IMG/VR virus record: IMGVR_UViG_3300023099_000003
Coordinates: 1 to 50,389 of that record
Source of the DNA: a virus
Lineage: Duplodnaviria > Caudoviricetes
Reading direction: 5' to 3' (one strand)
DNA: 50,389 bases
The notes below the pieces were generated by a model. It saw only the letters and a list, made by a program, of their open reading frames with translations. It had not been told where the DNA came from and did not search any database. Made by a program: the position numbers and the translations under genes. Positions 7,039 to 15,422 of the stretch are shown here, one piece after another; the stretch's first letter is position 1, and every line of letters starts with the position of its first letter.

Positions 7039-8942
7039 AGCGAAAACAACCCATCCTCAGGAAGGTCGCCTGCCTTTTTGGTGGCGATGATCTTGCGCTT
7101 CATGGCGTTGCTGCGCGGCGCAAGTTTCATGCGCTCGCGAATGTCGTCTGCATATTCCACTTCGCGCTCAATCAGGATACAACGGAATCCCTCGCGCCAT
7201 GCCGCTTCGCCAGTGCTGCCACTGCCTGCGAATGGGTCCAACACGATGCCCCCCGGCGGCGTTATGAGGCGGCAAAGGTATTGCATCAGGTCCACCGGCT
7301 TGACGGTAGGATGCTTGGAGCCGATGCGGTCCAGGCTGTCGGCTTTGGCCGAGTAGAAGAAACGGGCGGCGGTGCCGCCGTTGTCGTCAACACCACGGAT
7401 TGTGTCCGTGCCTTCTTTTATGTTGCCGCCAATGTCTGCAAGGCCGCCATGCCTTCCGCTGTGCTGCTTCCCGCGATTACCAGCCTTGCTTGGCCCCGTA
7501 TCAGGAAACCCCACCACAACTTCATCGCTACCATCGTGGATTACGTTTGCGGGGAACCTTCCAATAGCGGTCGTTGGCCCGGCGTCCTCACGCCACCCCC
7601 CGCCCATCGCCACTCGCTCATTAATAGAGCCGGGAGGATTGATGCGAACCTCATCCCCAACTCGACACCCATCCACATTAATCGCACCCGTCCCATGCTC
7701 CAGAACATTGCCCGCCACAGTCCCTTTGAATGGCTTGCGCGCGAGCACCCATGGCTCTACGGCGGGTTTTAGAGCCGTTCCGTAACCCTCTGGCACCACC
7801 GGTTTGCTACACCTATTACAAACCGGCCAGCCTCCCCACGCTTGTGGTCCGCGTTTGTCGGCCACAACTCCAAGTTGTCCGGGTGATTGTTTGCCGGATT
7901 GTGGTCCTTGTGATGAACCACCTCTATCCGCGTCAGCAGGAATCCGCACACCCTCGCCATCACCAAACGGTGCTCCATGATGTATCCGTCCTTCCGGGAC
8001 ATCGGGATCGCCCAATCCGGCGCTCTCACATGCCGAACGCCCGTATAATTTCCTTGTGCCCGCTTGAGCGTCACCCCGCCCTTCCATGCTGGATTTTTTT
8101 CCATCCGCATGTCGGGTTTCTTTTTGCGAGATGCTGGCCCCTTGTGACCGTGCCTCGCCCACTCCGCTCCCCGTACAACTCCGTTGCATTGCTTCGAGCA
8201 CATCGGCTGCTTGCCCCGTGCCATGTGCCTCGCATTCCGCCAGAACGTTACTCCGCACACTGTGCATTGAGCCGACGCCATCCCCGGAAGTTGCGAAGGG
8301 TGCTTCTTGACGCCCGCCTTCTTTGCGGAAATCAGTTTGCCCGCACACGCCCGACTGCACGTCGTGTTGCGCGTCGCCTGATAGCGCGTCGTTGGCGTCC
8401 AGTCCGAGTCGCAAATCGCGCAGGTTTTTGTCTGAAACATAGTGACCTGATACAATGGTTTTATGGCATAGACAAGCGAGGCCGCTATCTTTTAACTTCT
8501 TGACGATGTTGTGGGATTTCGGGAATCCGCTCGCATACACCCACATGATGCAGTCTCTAATCTCAAACCCAGCATCCTCAATCGCCACAGCCAGCCGGTG
8601 ATAAGTCCGCGTCCCTGATGCGGCAATCACATGGCCCCCCGGCTTCAGCACACGCATGACTTCGGCCCAGAACGTTACCGCAAACGCTGTTTCGCCAGTG
8701 TCCCATTGCTTGCCCATAAAGCCGGCTGAGGCGCGGGAATAAACATCGCCGTCCTTTGTCGGTGCCGCGCCTTCCGCGCCAAACCGTTTGACGATAGAGA
8801 CAAGCGCATAAGGCGGATCGGTCACAACGGAATCCACACTGGCATCAGGCAGGCCCTTCAGCACGTCGCGGCTATCGCCGTTGAACAGCATGACTTTGCC
8901 ATCCAAATGCAGTTCGCCGCCAAAGTCAGAAAAATCAGTCAT
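7035..8942 (-). CDS. N4/N6 (beta-class) DNA methyltransferase with a ~235-aa insert
   Basis: DPPY, GFPKS, GTALKPAVEP, HPTVKPVDLM, VLDPFAGSGST motifs; GATGGAGA RBS. Confidence 0.92.
   Translation of the reverse strand: MTDFSDFGGELHLDGKVMLFNGDSRDVLKGLPDASVDSVVTDPPYALVSIVKRFGAEGAAPTKDGDVYSRASAGFMGKQWDTGETAFAVTFWAEVMRVLKPGGHVIAASGTRTYHRLAVAIEDAGFEIRDCIMWVYASGFPKSHNIVKKLKDSGLACLCHKTIVSGHYVSDKNLRDLRLGLDANDALSGDAQHDVQSGVCGQTDFRKEGGRQEAPFATSGDGVGSMHSVRSNVLAECEAHGTGQAADVLEAMQRSCTGSGVGEARSQGASISQKETRHADGKKSSMEGRGDAQAGTRKLYGRSACESAGLGDPDVPEGRIHHGAPFGDGEGVRIPADADRGGSSQGPQSGKQSPGQLGVVADKRGPQAWGGWPVCNRCSKPVVPEGYGTALKPAVEPWVLARKPFKGTVAGNVLEHGTGAINVDGCRVGDEVRINPPGSINERVAMGGGWREDAGPTTAIGRFPANVIHDGSDEVVVGFPDTGPSKAGNRGKQHSGRHGGLADIGGNIKEGTDTIRGVDDNGGTAARFFYSAKADSLDRIGSKHPTVKPVDLMQYLCRLITPPGGIVLDPFAGSGSTGEAAWREGFRCILIEREVEYADDIRERMKLAPRSNAMKRKIIATKKAGDLPEDGLFSL
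7769..8440 (-). CDS. HNH endonuclease nested in the +1 frame inside the MTase gene
   Basis: Two CxxC...CSxxC Zn fingers, NPAWKGG, YIMEHRLVM, EVVHHKDHNPANNHPDNLEL; ATG at 8440 (ORF open from 8455). Confidence 0.88.
   Translation of the reverse strand: MFQTKTCAICDSDWTPTTRYQATRNTTCSRACAGKLISAKKAGVKKHPSQLPGMASAQCTVCGVTFWRNARHMARGKQPMCSKQCNGVVRGAEWARHGHKGPASRKKKPDMRMEKNPAWKGGVTLKRAQGNYTGVRHVRAPDWAIPMSRKDGYIMEHRLVMARVCGFLLTRIEVVHHKDHNPANNHPDNLELWPTNADHKRGEAGRFVIGVANRWCQRVTERL
8441..8475 (-). promoter_or_regulatory. Candidate internal promoter for the nested HNH (leaderless geometry)
   Basis: TTGTCT-N17-TATCAG-N6-ATG on the minus strand. Confidence 0.5.
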
Positions 8943-8967
8943 AATCAGGGAGTCTCCATCTCACCGC

Positions 8968-9873
8968 TCACCGGCTTATTGCATTTGGGGGTGGCGGGGT
9001 CAAGGATTGGAGGATTGCTCGTCCAATAAGTTCGGGGATTTGGGGGATGACGGCGTTTCCACAGCATCCAACTCTGTCCACCCAATCGGGAATCCCATCA
9101 CGGCTTCCGCGAAAGAGGGGTGGAGGTATATCGGATCTTCCTCGCAAATCCTCAGCCCTTCGGACATTTTGGCACCACGAAAATGCGGAGATCCCCGAAA
9201 CCTTTTCTTCGATGACCCTTTTGGCTCCTGCTTTCCCGGTGTAGGCAGAAACAACCGCTTGACCGCTGCGGGGAATCCATTCCGCTCGTTGCTTATGTCG
9301 AAATTTCCCCTCTTCTGGCTGTCGTTCTTGCGCGGGGTAGGCAACAATCCATACACGCTCGCGACGATGGGGAGCGCCCATGGTTCCTGCCGGAATGTTT
9401 TCCCATTCCGCATCATACCCGCATTCGGCCAGGTCCCCAAGAACTCGGCCAAACCATCCCCCTGGCCGCTCAGCTGGTCCAGAAAGGAGATTTGCGACGT
9501 TCTCCACGATGATGAACTGTGGTCGTAGCTCGCCAGTAAGTCGGACGATTTCAGACCAAAGTCCGCTACGGGTTCCGCTTCCAAGGCCAGCCTGTTTTCC
9601 AGCTGTGCTAATGTCCTGGCACGGGAATCCCCCGGTGATGACATCGACCTGTCCAACGTCATCCCGAACAAGTTGTCTGCCTGTGAGGGTTCTGACGTCT
9701 CGATAGCAGGGCACGTCTGGCCAGTGTTTGGCGAGGACTTTACGGGGGAACTCTTCGATTTCACAGAAGGCGGCAGTTTCGAAGCCTGTGTATTCACCAT
9801 GTCCAGTCGCCCTTTCAAGGCCAAGGGAAAATCCTCCAATACCACTAAAAAGGTCCAATACACGGAGCTTCAC
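8968..9873 (-). CDS. C5 cytosine DNA methyltransferase, large (alpha) polypeptide
   Basis: LDLFSGIGG (I), GGFPCQDIS (IV), VENV (VI), PHRRERVW (VIII), GNAVIP (X); GTG start coupled to the YqaJ stop. Confidence 0.92.
   Translation of the reverse strand: MKLRVLDLFSGIGGFSLGLERATGHGEYTGFETAAFCEIEEFPRKVLAKHWPDVPCYRDVRTLTGRQLVRDDVGQVDVITGGFPCQDISTAGKQAGLGSGTRSGLWSEIVRLTGELRPQFIIVENVANLLSGPAERPGGWFGRVLGDLAECGYDAEWENIPAGTMGAPHRRERVWIVAYPAQERQPEEGKFRHKQRAEWIPRSGQAVVSAYTGKAGAKRVIEEKVSGISAFSWCQNVRRAEDLRGRSDIPPPLFRGSRDGIPDWVDRVGCCGNAVIPQIPELIGRAILQSLTPPPPNAISR
9000..9863 (-). CDS. Out-of-frame C5 MTase beta polypeptide (TRD-like region + motif IX); true start uncertain
   Basis: LPTP x2 and YLHPSFAEAVMGFPIGWT (motif IX-like), which the alpha frame lacks. 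Confidence 0.75.
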   Translation of the reverse strand: MYWTFLVVLEDFPLALKGRLDMVNTQASKLPPSVKSKSSPVKSSPNTGQTCPAIETSEPSQADNLFGMTLDRSMSSPGDSRARTLAQLENRLALEAEPVADFGLKSSDLLASYDHSSSSWRTSQISFLDQLSGQGDGLAEFLGTWPNAGMMRNGKTFRQEPWALPIVASVYGLLPTPRKNDSQKRGNFDISNERNGFPAAVKRLFLPTPGKQEPKGSSKKRFRGSPHFRGAKMSEGLRICEEDPIYLHPSFAEAVMGFPIGWTELDAVETPSSPKSPNLLDEQSSNP

Positions 9874-10772
9874 CGCAACCCCCAACTCTCGGACGGTTTG
9901 CCCCTGTAGGGTTCCAGATCCACCTTAGGCGCATGATCAGCCACAACCTTGGCATAGGCCACGCTGCCCTGTCTTTGGGTAAGCGTTAATTTACGCCCAC
10001 CAAACTCCGCGTTACGCTCACCCGCCATCTTCACCATATCAGACAGAAGGTCGGCCTTGCGTTCCTTGATCCGCTCTTCCTGCTCCTTAAGGTCATCCCA
10101 CTCCTTGACCATCCGCGCGGCGGCGGGGGTATCGATTGCTATCCGCTTGGGGGCAAGGTAGTCCTCTGGGTCGGCTAGGGCGTCTTGGTATTCAGCCCAA
10201 AACTGCCTCAATTTAGGCAAGTTTTCATTCAGCCATTCATGGTCAATCGGCACCCGGTCGCAGGTCGTTTCCTTGGCAGACCACTGGTAAAACCATGCGT
10301 GTTCGACGCCAGCACACAGCATCTCGATCTGAAGCTGCGCATAGTATTGCGGCTGATCTTCGAGCTTCTTGATTGGCGGCTCTTTACCAGCCTTATCGCC
10401 ATATCGCTTGCGGCGCGAGTATGGGGCCTTGATTTCGCACACGCCGCCATCGCTGGTAAAGCCATCAGGCGATGCCCCCAGCCATGTATCATAGGGCAGG
10501 AATGGGGCTGGATTGACCGTCAGGCCGGTTTCCATCTGGAATTCGATTGTCGCCCCATCCTCGTTATTGCGGCCATATTCGATGGCGATATTATCTTCCA
10601 TCTCGCTTTCCGCGCCCAAGGCATCACGCACCATGCGGCGCAACACATCCGCACGTTTCTTGTTTGGGTCCAGGTTCAGGATTGCGCCGGCCACTGAGCC
10701 GGTCACGCGGCCAATCCGGGCTTTATACCATTCGGGGGAGCGTTGTTCAGGGTCAGACATCTGCTTCTCCAT
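9870..10772 (-). CDS. YqaJ/lambda-exonuclease family protein
   Basis: QRSPEWYKARIGRVTGS, LGASPDG, EIKAP, YYAQLQ. Confidence 0.9.
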   Translation of the reverse strand: MEKQMSDPEQRSPEWYKARIGRVTGSVAGAILNLDPNKKRADVLRRMVRDALGAESEMEDNIAIEYGRNNEDGATIEFQMETGLTVNPAPFLPYDTWLGASPDGFTSDGGVCEIKAPYSRRKRYGDKAGKEPPIKKLEDQPQYYAQLQIEMLCAGVEHAWFYQWSAKETTCDRVPIDHEWLNENLPKLRQFWAEYQDALADPEDYLAPKRIAIDTPAAARMVKEWDDLKEQEERIKERKADLLSDMVKMAGERNAEFGGRKLTLTQRQGSVAYAKVVADHAPKVDLEPYRGKPSESWGLR

Positions 10773-10986
10773 TCAGGGCTTTGCGGGCATCTTCATGCCA
10801 TGTGGTATAAAGCTCTGGCACATTGACTTGCGCCCTAATCAATAAGCCACGCAACCTATCCAATTCATCAGCCGCCTGATCCAGCGCCAATGCGGTCAAG
10901 CTGCTCGCCCGCAGGTCGCCATACCCAGATGCCCGCTCTCGGCAGACTTCGGGCAGGCGTTCGGGGTTGATTTTGGGGGTTGTCAT
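10753..10986 (-). CDS. Hypothetical protein
   Basis: Coupled ORF in the leftward operon. Confidence 0.6.
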   Translation of the reverse strand: MTTPKINPERLPEVCRERASGYGDLRASSLTALALDQAADELDRLRGLLIRAQVNVPELYTTWHEDARKALNGEADV

Positions 10987-11186
10987 TTCCGCACCTCTAC
11001 GCGCGCCGTCTCAATGACATCCCGGTCAATATCCAACATCGCCATCATATTCGCGGCATCCTCAGCCGCGTCCATATCCCCGCAATAAATTGCGCGATAC
11101 AAACCCAACCGCAGTTCATGCTCTTGCCTAACATAGTGGGCCTTTTCAATGCGCGGAACCGCAGTCTTGAAATTACATTCCATCAT
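10983..11186 (-). CDS. Hypothetical protein
   Basis: AGGAGA RBS; coupled ORF. Confidence 0.6.
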   Translation of the reverse strand: MMECNFKTAVPRIEKAHYVRQEHELRLGLYRAIYCGDMDAAEDAANMMAMLDIDRDVIETARVEVRK

Positions 11187-11193
11187 CTTTCTC

Positions 11194-12282
11194 CTAAACC
11201 CTAAGTGGCCAGATCAGGCCGGAAAAACTCATATTCAGATCACCCGAAATCGGACGAACAAGGAATGTGCCCATAGGCTCATCTTGCTCGATAGAGACGG
11301 TTTCGGATTCCGCAGCCTTCAACATGCCTTCAAGGTAGTCCGCATTCACGCCGCTCTCGAATCCGGCAGAACATTCCGCCACAACATCTTCCGAGCCTTC
11401 AAACCCGCTGGTGCCTTCGATGCGGACGGCAAGAACACCATCTTCGCGCTTGAGGCGCAATCGCCGCGTTTGTGCGTCAGATGCAATCCGCACCCGCCGC
11501 ACAGCGCCCAGAAGTTCTTCGGCTTCCACCGCCATAGGTTCGCTGGGGCTGGGGTAAATGCGGTTATAGTCAGGGAACTGGCCCTCGATCATCTTGCCTG
11601 TCACAGTCAGGTTGCCCGCCGTAAAGCGCAGCTTGCCCGCATCCCACTCTAGCGTCACATGGCCTTCGCCAGCGGCCCCGAGAAGCGTGTTGGCTAAGTC
11701 TGACGGCACGATAACGTTGGGCGCGCCCTTGGGCCATTTGGATGCCGTCAGGATGCTGGCCAAGGCATAACCATTGGTGGCGACATAGCGGGCTTTGCCG
11801 CCGTCATCATTCAGGAAGATGCCGCCAAGATAGGAGCGGGCTGGGTCACTGGATGTTGCCCACACAGTGCGGCGAATTATCTCAGCCAGATCCTCGCCCG
11901 ACATTTTCAGTGGCGGGGACAACTTATCCACCGGCATAACCGGGAAATCATCCACGGGCAGCGTGGGCGCAGACCAGCGCGAGCGCCCAGCCTTGATCGC
12001 GATCACACCCTTTTCACCGGGTGTAAGCGTCATGTCGCCCGTCGCGGCGCTGGCCATGGCCGCAAGGCGTTTAGCATCCACAGCGCACTGGAATGGGGCC
12101 GTGACAGTGCAGGGCAGCGTCTGGCGGTATTCTATGTCCAGGTTGGTGGTGGTGATTTCCAGCGCGTCGCCGGACGCCGCGAGGCGCACCATGGTCAGGA
12201 TGGGGATTGTGTTGCGGGCTTCTACAATGCTGGCGGCGGCCTTCAGGGCGGCGGCTAGGGTGGTGCTTGGGATTGTGATCAT
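11194..12282 (-). CDS. dnaN: DNA polymerase III beta sliding clamp
   Basis: RNTIPIL, TNLDIE, DDFP, VATNGYAL, IEGQFPDY, GVNADYL, terminal IWPLRV; 362 aa. Confidence 0.92.
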   Translation of the reverse strand: MITIPSTTLAAALKAAASIVEARNTIPILTMVRLAASGDALEITTTNLDIEYRQTLPCTVTAPFQCAVDAKRLAAMASAATGDMTLTPGEKGVIAIKAGRSRWSAPTLPVDDFPVMPVDKLSPPLKMSGEDLAEIIRRTVWATSSDPARSYLGGIFLNDDGGKARYVATNGYALASILTASKWPKGAPNVIVPSDLANTLLGAAGEGHVTLEWDAGKLRFTAGNLTVTGKMIEGQFPDYNRIYPSPSEPMAVEAEELLGAVRRVRIASDAQTRRLRLKREDGVLAVRIEGTSGFEGSEDVVAECSAGFESGVNADYLEGMLKAAESETVSIEQDEPMGTFLVRPISGDLNMSFSGLIWPLRV

Positions 12283-12509
12283 GACTTGGGTTCCGTTAAG
12301 GCCTGTTCAATCGCTTCCTTGAGGGGCGCGGCTATCAGAGTGTCAACTCTGGCCCTATTGGCAGCCAAACTCTTTAGCATGGCGTGACACTGAGCGACCC
12401 CGGAGATAGTGGTCGCGCCGCCCGCATCATTCACCCGGTCAAGCCATTCATAGACGGTTGCGATAAACGCCCCTGCGTTAATCGAGCACTCAAGTAATCT
12501 ATCACTCAT
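12279..12509 (-). CDS. Hypothetical protein
   Basis: MSDRLLEC...; GATGGAGG RBS. Confidence 0.6.
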   Translation of the reverse strand: MSDRLLECSINAGAFIATVYEWLDRVNDAGGATTISGVAQCHAMLKSLAANRARVDTLIAAPLKEAIEQALTEPKS

Positions 12510-12522
12510 AACAACCTCCATC

Positions 12523-12557
12523 AAAAAATTGGCAGGCATTCTCACCCATGGCCTGCC
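12523..12557 (-). terminator. Hairpin with T-run after the SSB-like gene (terminator or attenuator)
   Basis: GGCAGGC/GCCTGCC stem followed by AATTTTTT on the minus strand. Confidence 0.45.
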
Positions 12558-12587
12558 GCATGGCTTCCAACCCTTGCGGGTGTGAGA

Positions 12588-13154
12588 TCAGAAGGGAATC
12601 GAATCCTCCAAATCATCATCGGCGGTCCGACTTGATGCCGCCGCTGGCTCAACCTTCGTCACATCAAGAGTGCCGTTTTTGGGTGCGACGTGCGAAACCC
12701 AATTTCGCCTATTCCCATCCTTATCCGGCGGGGTAAGCATCAGCTTGATCATGATGGCTTTGCTTGTAAGCCCCAGCGCAAGATCGTCGTCATCAGGCTC
12801 ACGTCCATTTTTTGCAAGTTTCCCGCCAGCAATGGCATCAATTGTTGCAAGCATTTTCAGATCAGAATCGCGCTTTTTATCTTGTTCGGCTTTGGTTTTC
12901 TTGTCGGGGTTCGGGTCTTTCACCCAGAGGTTGTGCCGAACCTTGCGGCGCGAATATTCGGACGGCTCTTCAATTGTATATTCTACTTCAACATACCGCT
13001 CGTCGCTGTCACGCTTGGTCGCCCACCGTGCGTTAGAGATGAATGCAAGGCAGTTGGTTTTCTCCGGGATGGGGTCAAAATTGCCCCCCGACGAATACTC
13101 CTTCTCGACGCCTTTGGTGACGCTTTCACCATCGCTAGTATTCCAGAAACTCAT
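12588..13154 (-). CDS. DUF669-like single-stranded DNA-binding protein
   Basis: Acidic tail DDDLEDSIPF; lies next to the Sak4-like ATPase. Confidence 0.8.
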   Translation of the reverse strand: MSFWNTSDGESVTKGVEKEYSSGGNFDPIPEKTNCLAFISNARWATKRDSDERYVEVEYTIEEPSEYSRRKVRHNLWVKDPNPDKKTKAEQDKKRDSDLKMLATIDAIAGGKLAKNGREPDDDDLALGLTSKAIMIKLMLTPPDKDGNRRNWVSHVAPKNGTLDVTKVEPAAASSRTADDDLEDSIPF

Positions 13155-13975
13155 TGGGATTCTCCTTCAAAATCGCTTGGGTCTACTTCTTCTTTCTTCG
13201 CGGCCTTCCCTGCCTTTTTCACCGCAGGCCACAGATATGGGGCCAATGGATTGGTGCCTTCCTCAAATTCCAGAGGTTCGCGGATGCCCAGCCCGTTCTT
13301 GGCCACAGAAGCCGCCGTGGCGTGGCAGACAAATTCGCGGTCGCCGTTTGAGATGACCATCTTGCGCTCATCCTCATCACCGCGCAGCGCAGCATGGAGG
13401 CGAACGTAACCCACCAGATCCACATCATCGATAAAATGGGTCAGGCTCTTTTTCGACAGCCGGAGCGAATAGCGCATGTAATCGTCGCGATCCGGCAGGC
13501 GCATGGTTTCCAGGTCGGCATGGGCAATAAAGATCACCGTCATGCCTTTCTTGGCGTTCAAGATGCCTGCAGCCTTGCGGACGCGCCCATGCATAGCCGC
13601 TAGTGCGTCATAGCCGGCACCGTAGCCGCCCAATGCGGTTGACAAAGTCTTGGCCCGACCATCGCGCTTTAGGATGTCCTCCGAAAAGATGCTATCCAGC
13701 TTGGTGGTGCTGTCGATCACCAGAGTTTCAAAGTCGTGATCCTCATTCAACAGGGACAGCAGTTGATTGAATACGTCATCAGCTTCGCGGATGGGCGGGA
13801 ATGCGTTGGGTGTTTCCACAAGGCTGGAAATCCGGTCCACGCCGTCCTCTGCGCGGATAAAGATAGGCTTGGGGAAGCTGGCCGCCAGACTGGTCTTGCC
13901 GGTGCCGCCCTCGCCCACAATCGTAATCAGCGGCGAACGCTTTTCCGGCTTGGTGATTGATTCAAGGATGCTCAT
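13151..13975 (-). CDS. Sak4-like AAA ATPase (recombination/annealing)
   Basis: GEGGTGKTS Walker A, LVIDS Walker B, IFIAH, AKN. Confidence 0.85.
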   Translation of the reverse strand: MSILESITKPEKRSPLITIVGEGGTGKTSLAASFPKPIFIRAEDGVDRISSLVETPNAFPPIREADDVFNQLLSLLNEDHDFETLVIDSTTKLDSIFSEDILKRDGRAKTLSTALGGYGAGYDALAAMHGRVRKAAGILNAKKGMTVIFIAHADLETMRLPDRDDYMRYSLRLSKKSLTHFIDDVDLVGYVRLHAALRGDEDERKMVISNGDREFVCHATAASVAKNGLGIREPLEFEEGTNPLAPYLWPAVKKAGKAAKKEEVDPSDFEGESQ

Positions 13976-14125
13976 ATTGGTTTCTCCACAAAAAACACGA
14001 CATTGCCCACCATTCACAGCCCTTCGATGATGCCCGCTGCCCGGAAGCCGTTTGATACTTCTGCTGGTGGACCGTTAAACCCGCTGTCGTTGTCGGGTTT
14101 TGAGGAAAGTCCGGGCGGGGTGTTC

Positions 14126-15118
14126 TTATTTGTTGTAATTAAGCGCCAACTCCACAGCAGCCCGGTTTTCGTCATTCACGACGCCGGGATTGGCGGCGAT
14201 GAATTGGGCGAGGGGTGTGGCGGGGGTGGTGATGCCCATTTCAGCTAAGCAGGCGATAAAGTCGTCACCGTCAAACATCTCATCCCACAGATCCCGCGCC
14301 TCCTCCTCAGTCATCCGCTTCACCACAACCGTGCTTTCATCCATGTCCGCCAAAGCGTCCAGAATGCGCAGGTGACGAGGGTTGTCTGTGCCGATCACCG
14401 CGCCACCAAACTCTTGATAGAAGTCTGCGGCCATGTCTTCGGGGGTGGTGGGTTCGGGGGTGGCGGTGAGGATTGACCACTCTGACCCGCCGCCAAAGCT
14501 GGGGAGAGAGGCAAGGAAATCTTCGTTTGTGATAGCCCGCTTGCGATAGCCGATGATGTCGCTCGGACATGGGTCATCGTGATTCCAGCAAGGGGAATCT
14601 TTGAAAATTGAGCCTGCGTCGCCATCAGCAAACAAAACCTCACCCCCATCCCAATCATCAGGCGCACTCTCGCCGCCGCCCCAAGGGGTAAAGCCAGCGG
14701 CTAGAGCGTTGTAGGCTGGGTGGTCGCGGGGGAGGCGGATGGCTGATGTGCTTTCCCACCAAATCTGCCGGACATGAAGTTCTTGCGGGCCAGTGCCGTA
14801 GCTATCCATCGACAGCTTGATCACAGTAAGCTCATCATCCCCCAACCACTCAGGCCGGACGCCGTTCACTTCGATGGGGCCGCCCCATTTGTCGGGGGCT
14901 GCATAATGCGGGTGGTCGGCGGGGAGCTTGATGTGGGTGAAGAAGTGGCCCCCGCCAACGAAGAATAACCAGCTCTGTCCTCGCGACTGGTGCCTTGACC
15001 AGGCGTCAGGCGCGTGACCCCAACAAACAATAATATCCTGATCATCCGCAAGCCAGTCCGGCTTATTGGGGTAGTCCACCGCAATCGGTTCACCCCATAC
15101 AATCTCAGTCTCCATCAC
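14126..15118 (-). CDS. Trp/Pro-rich internally repeated hypothetical protein
   Basis: Two WG.PI.V...P.WL.DD...I.LP.DHP.Y units. Confidence 0.7.
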   Translation of the reverse strand: MMETEIVWGEPIAVDYPNKPDWLADDQDIIVCWGHAPDAWSRHQSRGQSWLFFVGGGHFFTHIKLPADHPHYAAPDKWGGPIEVNGVRPEWLGDDELTVIKLSMDSYGTGPQELHVRQIWWESTSAIRLPRDHPAYNALAAGFTPWGGGESAPDDWDGGEVLFADGDAGSIFKDSPCWNHDDPCPSDIIGYRKRAITNEDFLASLPSFGGGSEWSILTATPEPTTPEDMAADFYQEFGGAVIGTDNPRHLRILDALADMDESTVVVKRMTEEEARDLWDEMFDGDDFIACLAEMGITTPATPLAQFIAANPGVVNDENRAAVELALNYNK

Positions 15119-15242
15119 TCACTCCTGTTCGCCATTGGCGGTGGCCGACAGCGACGGCCTCTCTGCGCTGTGAATGCCTACTTGCCACGCCTTTATCCCC
15201 GTGGCAATAGTGAAATCGTCACCGCACAGAGGTATTTCATAA

Positions 15243-15422
15243 ATGACTGATTTGCATTGGATTAGGCAGGCCCTTGCCGACCGGAGGCCGGGAATCGTCG
15301 CCCAAAAAACCGGCCTACATATTAACACGATCATCCGCATTCGCGATGCCGACGATCAAAACCCAAAGCTTAAAACGCTGGAAAAGCTGGCATCCTACCT
15401 GATTGGAGATGGAGAGAAATGA
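15243..15422 (+). CDS. 59-aa Cro/XRE-like HTH protein (not in ORF track)
   Basis: MTDLHWIRQALADRRPGIVAQKTGLHINTIIRIRDADDQNPKLKTLEKLASYL; GAGG RBS; ATGA-coupled to the next gene. Confidence 0.8.
   Translation: MTDLHWIRQALADRRPGIVAQKTGLHINTIIRIRDADDQNPKLKTLEKLASYLIGDGEK

Noticed and set aside
7790-8474. MTase insert interpreted as an intein (CLCHKTIV resembles intein block A) or a group I intron
   Set aside because: No TxxH block B and no HN-[C/S/T] C-terminal junction (VCN is followed by R). The HNH ORF fills almost the whole insert, leaving no room for a ribozyme core. Not excluded experimentally.
6933-8503. Plus-strand ORFs of 279 and 257 aa opposite the MTase/HNH
   Set aside because: No recognisable motifs or RBS; antisense shadows of a region already constrained in two frames
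13976-14125. tRNA or ncRNA in this 150-nt intergenic region (and at 18850-19020)
   Set aside because: I could not build a cloverleaf or a convincing conserved fold by eye; needs tRNAscan-SE or Infernal
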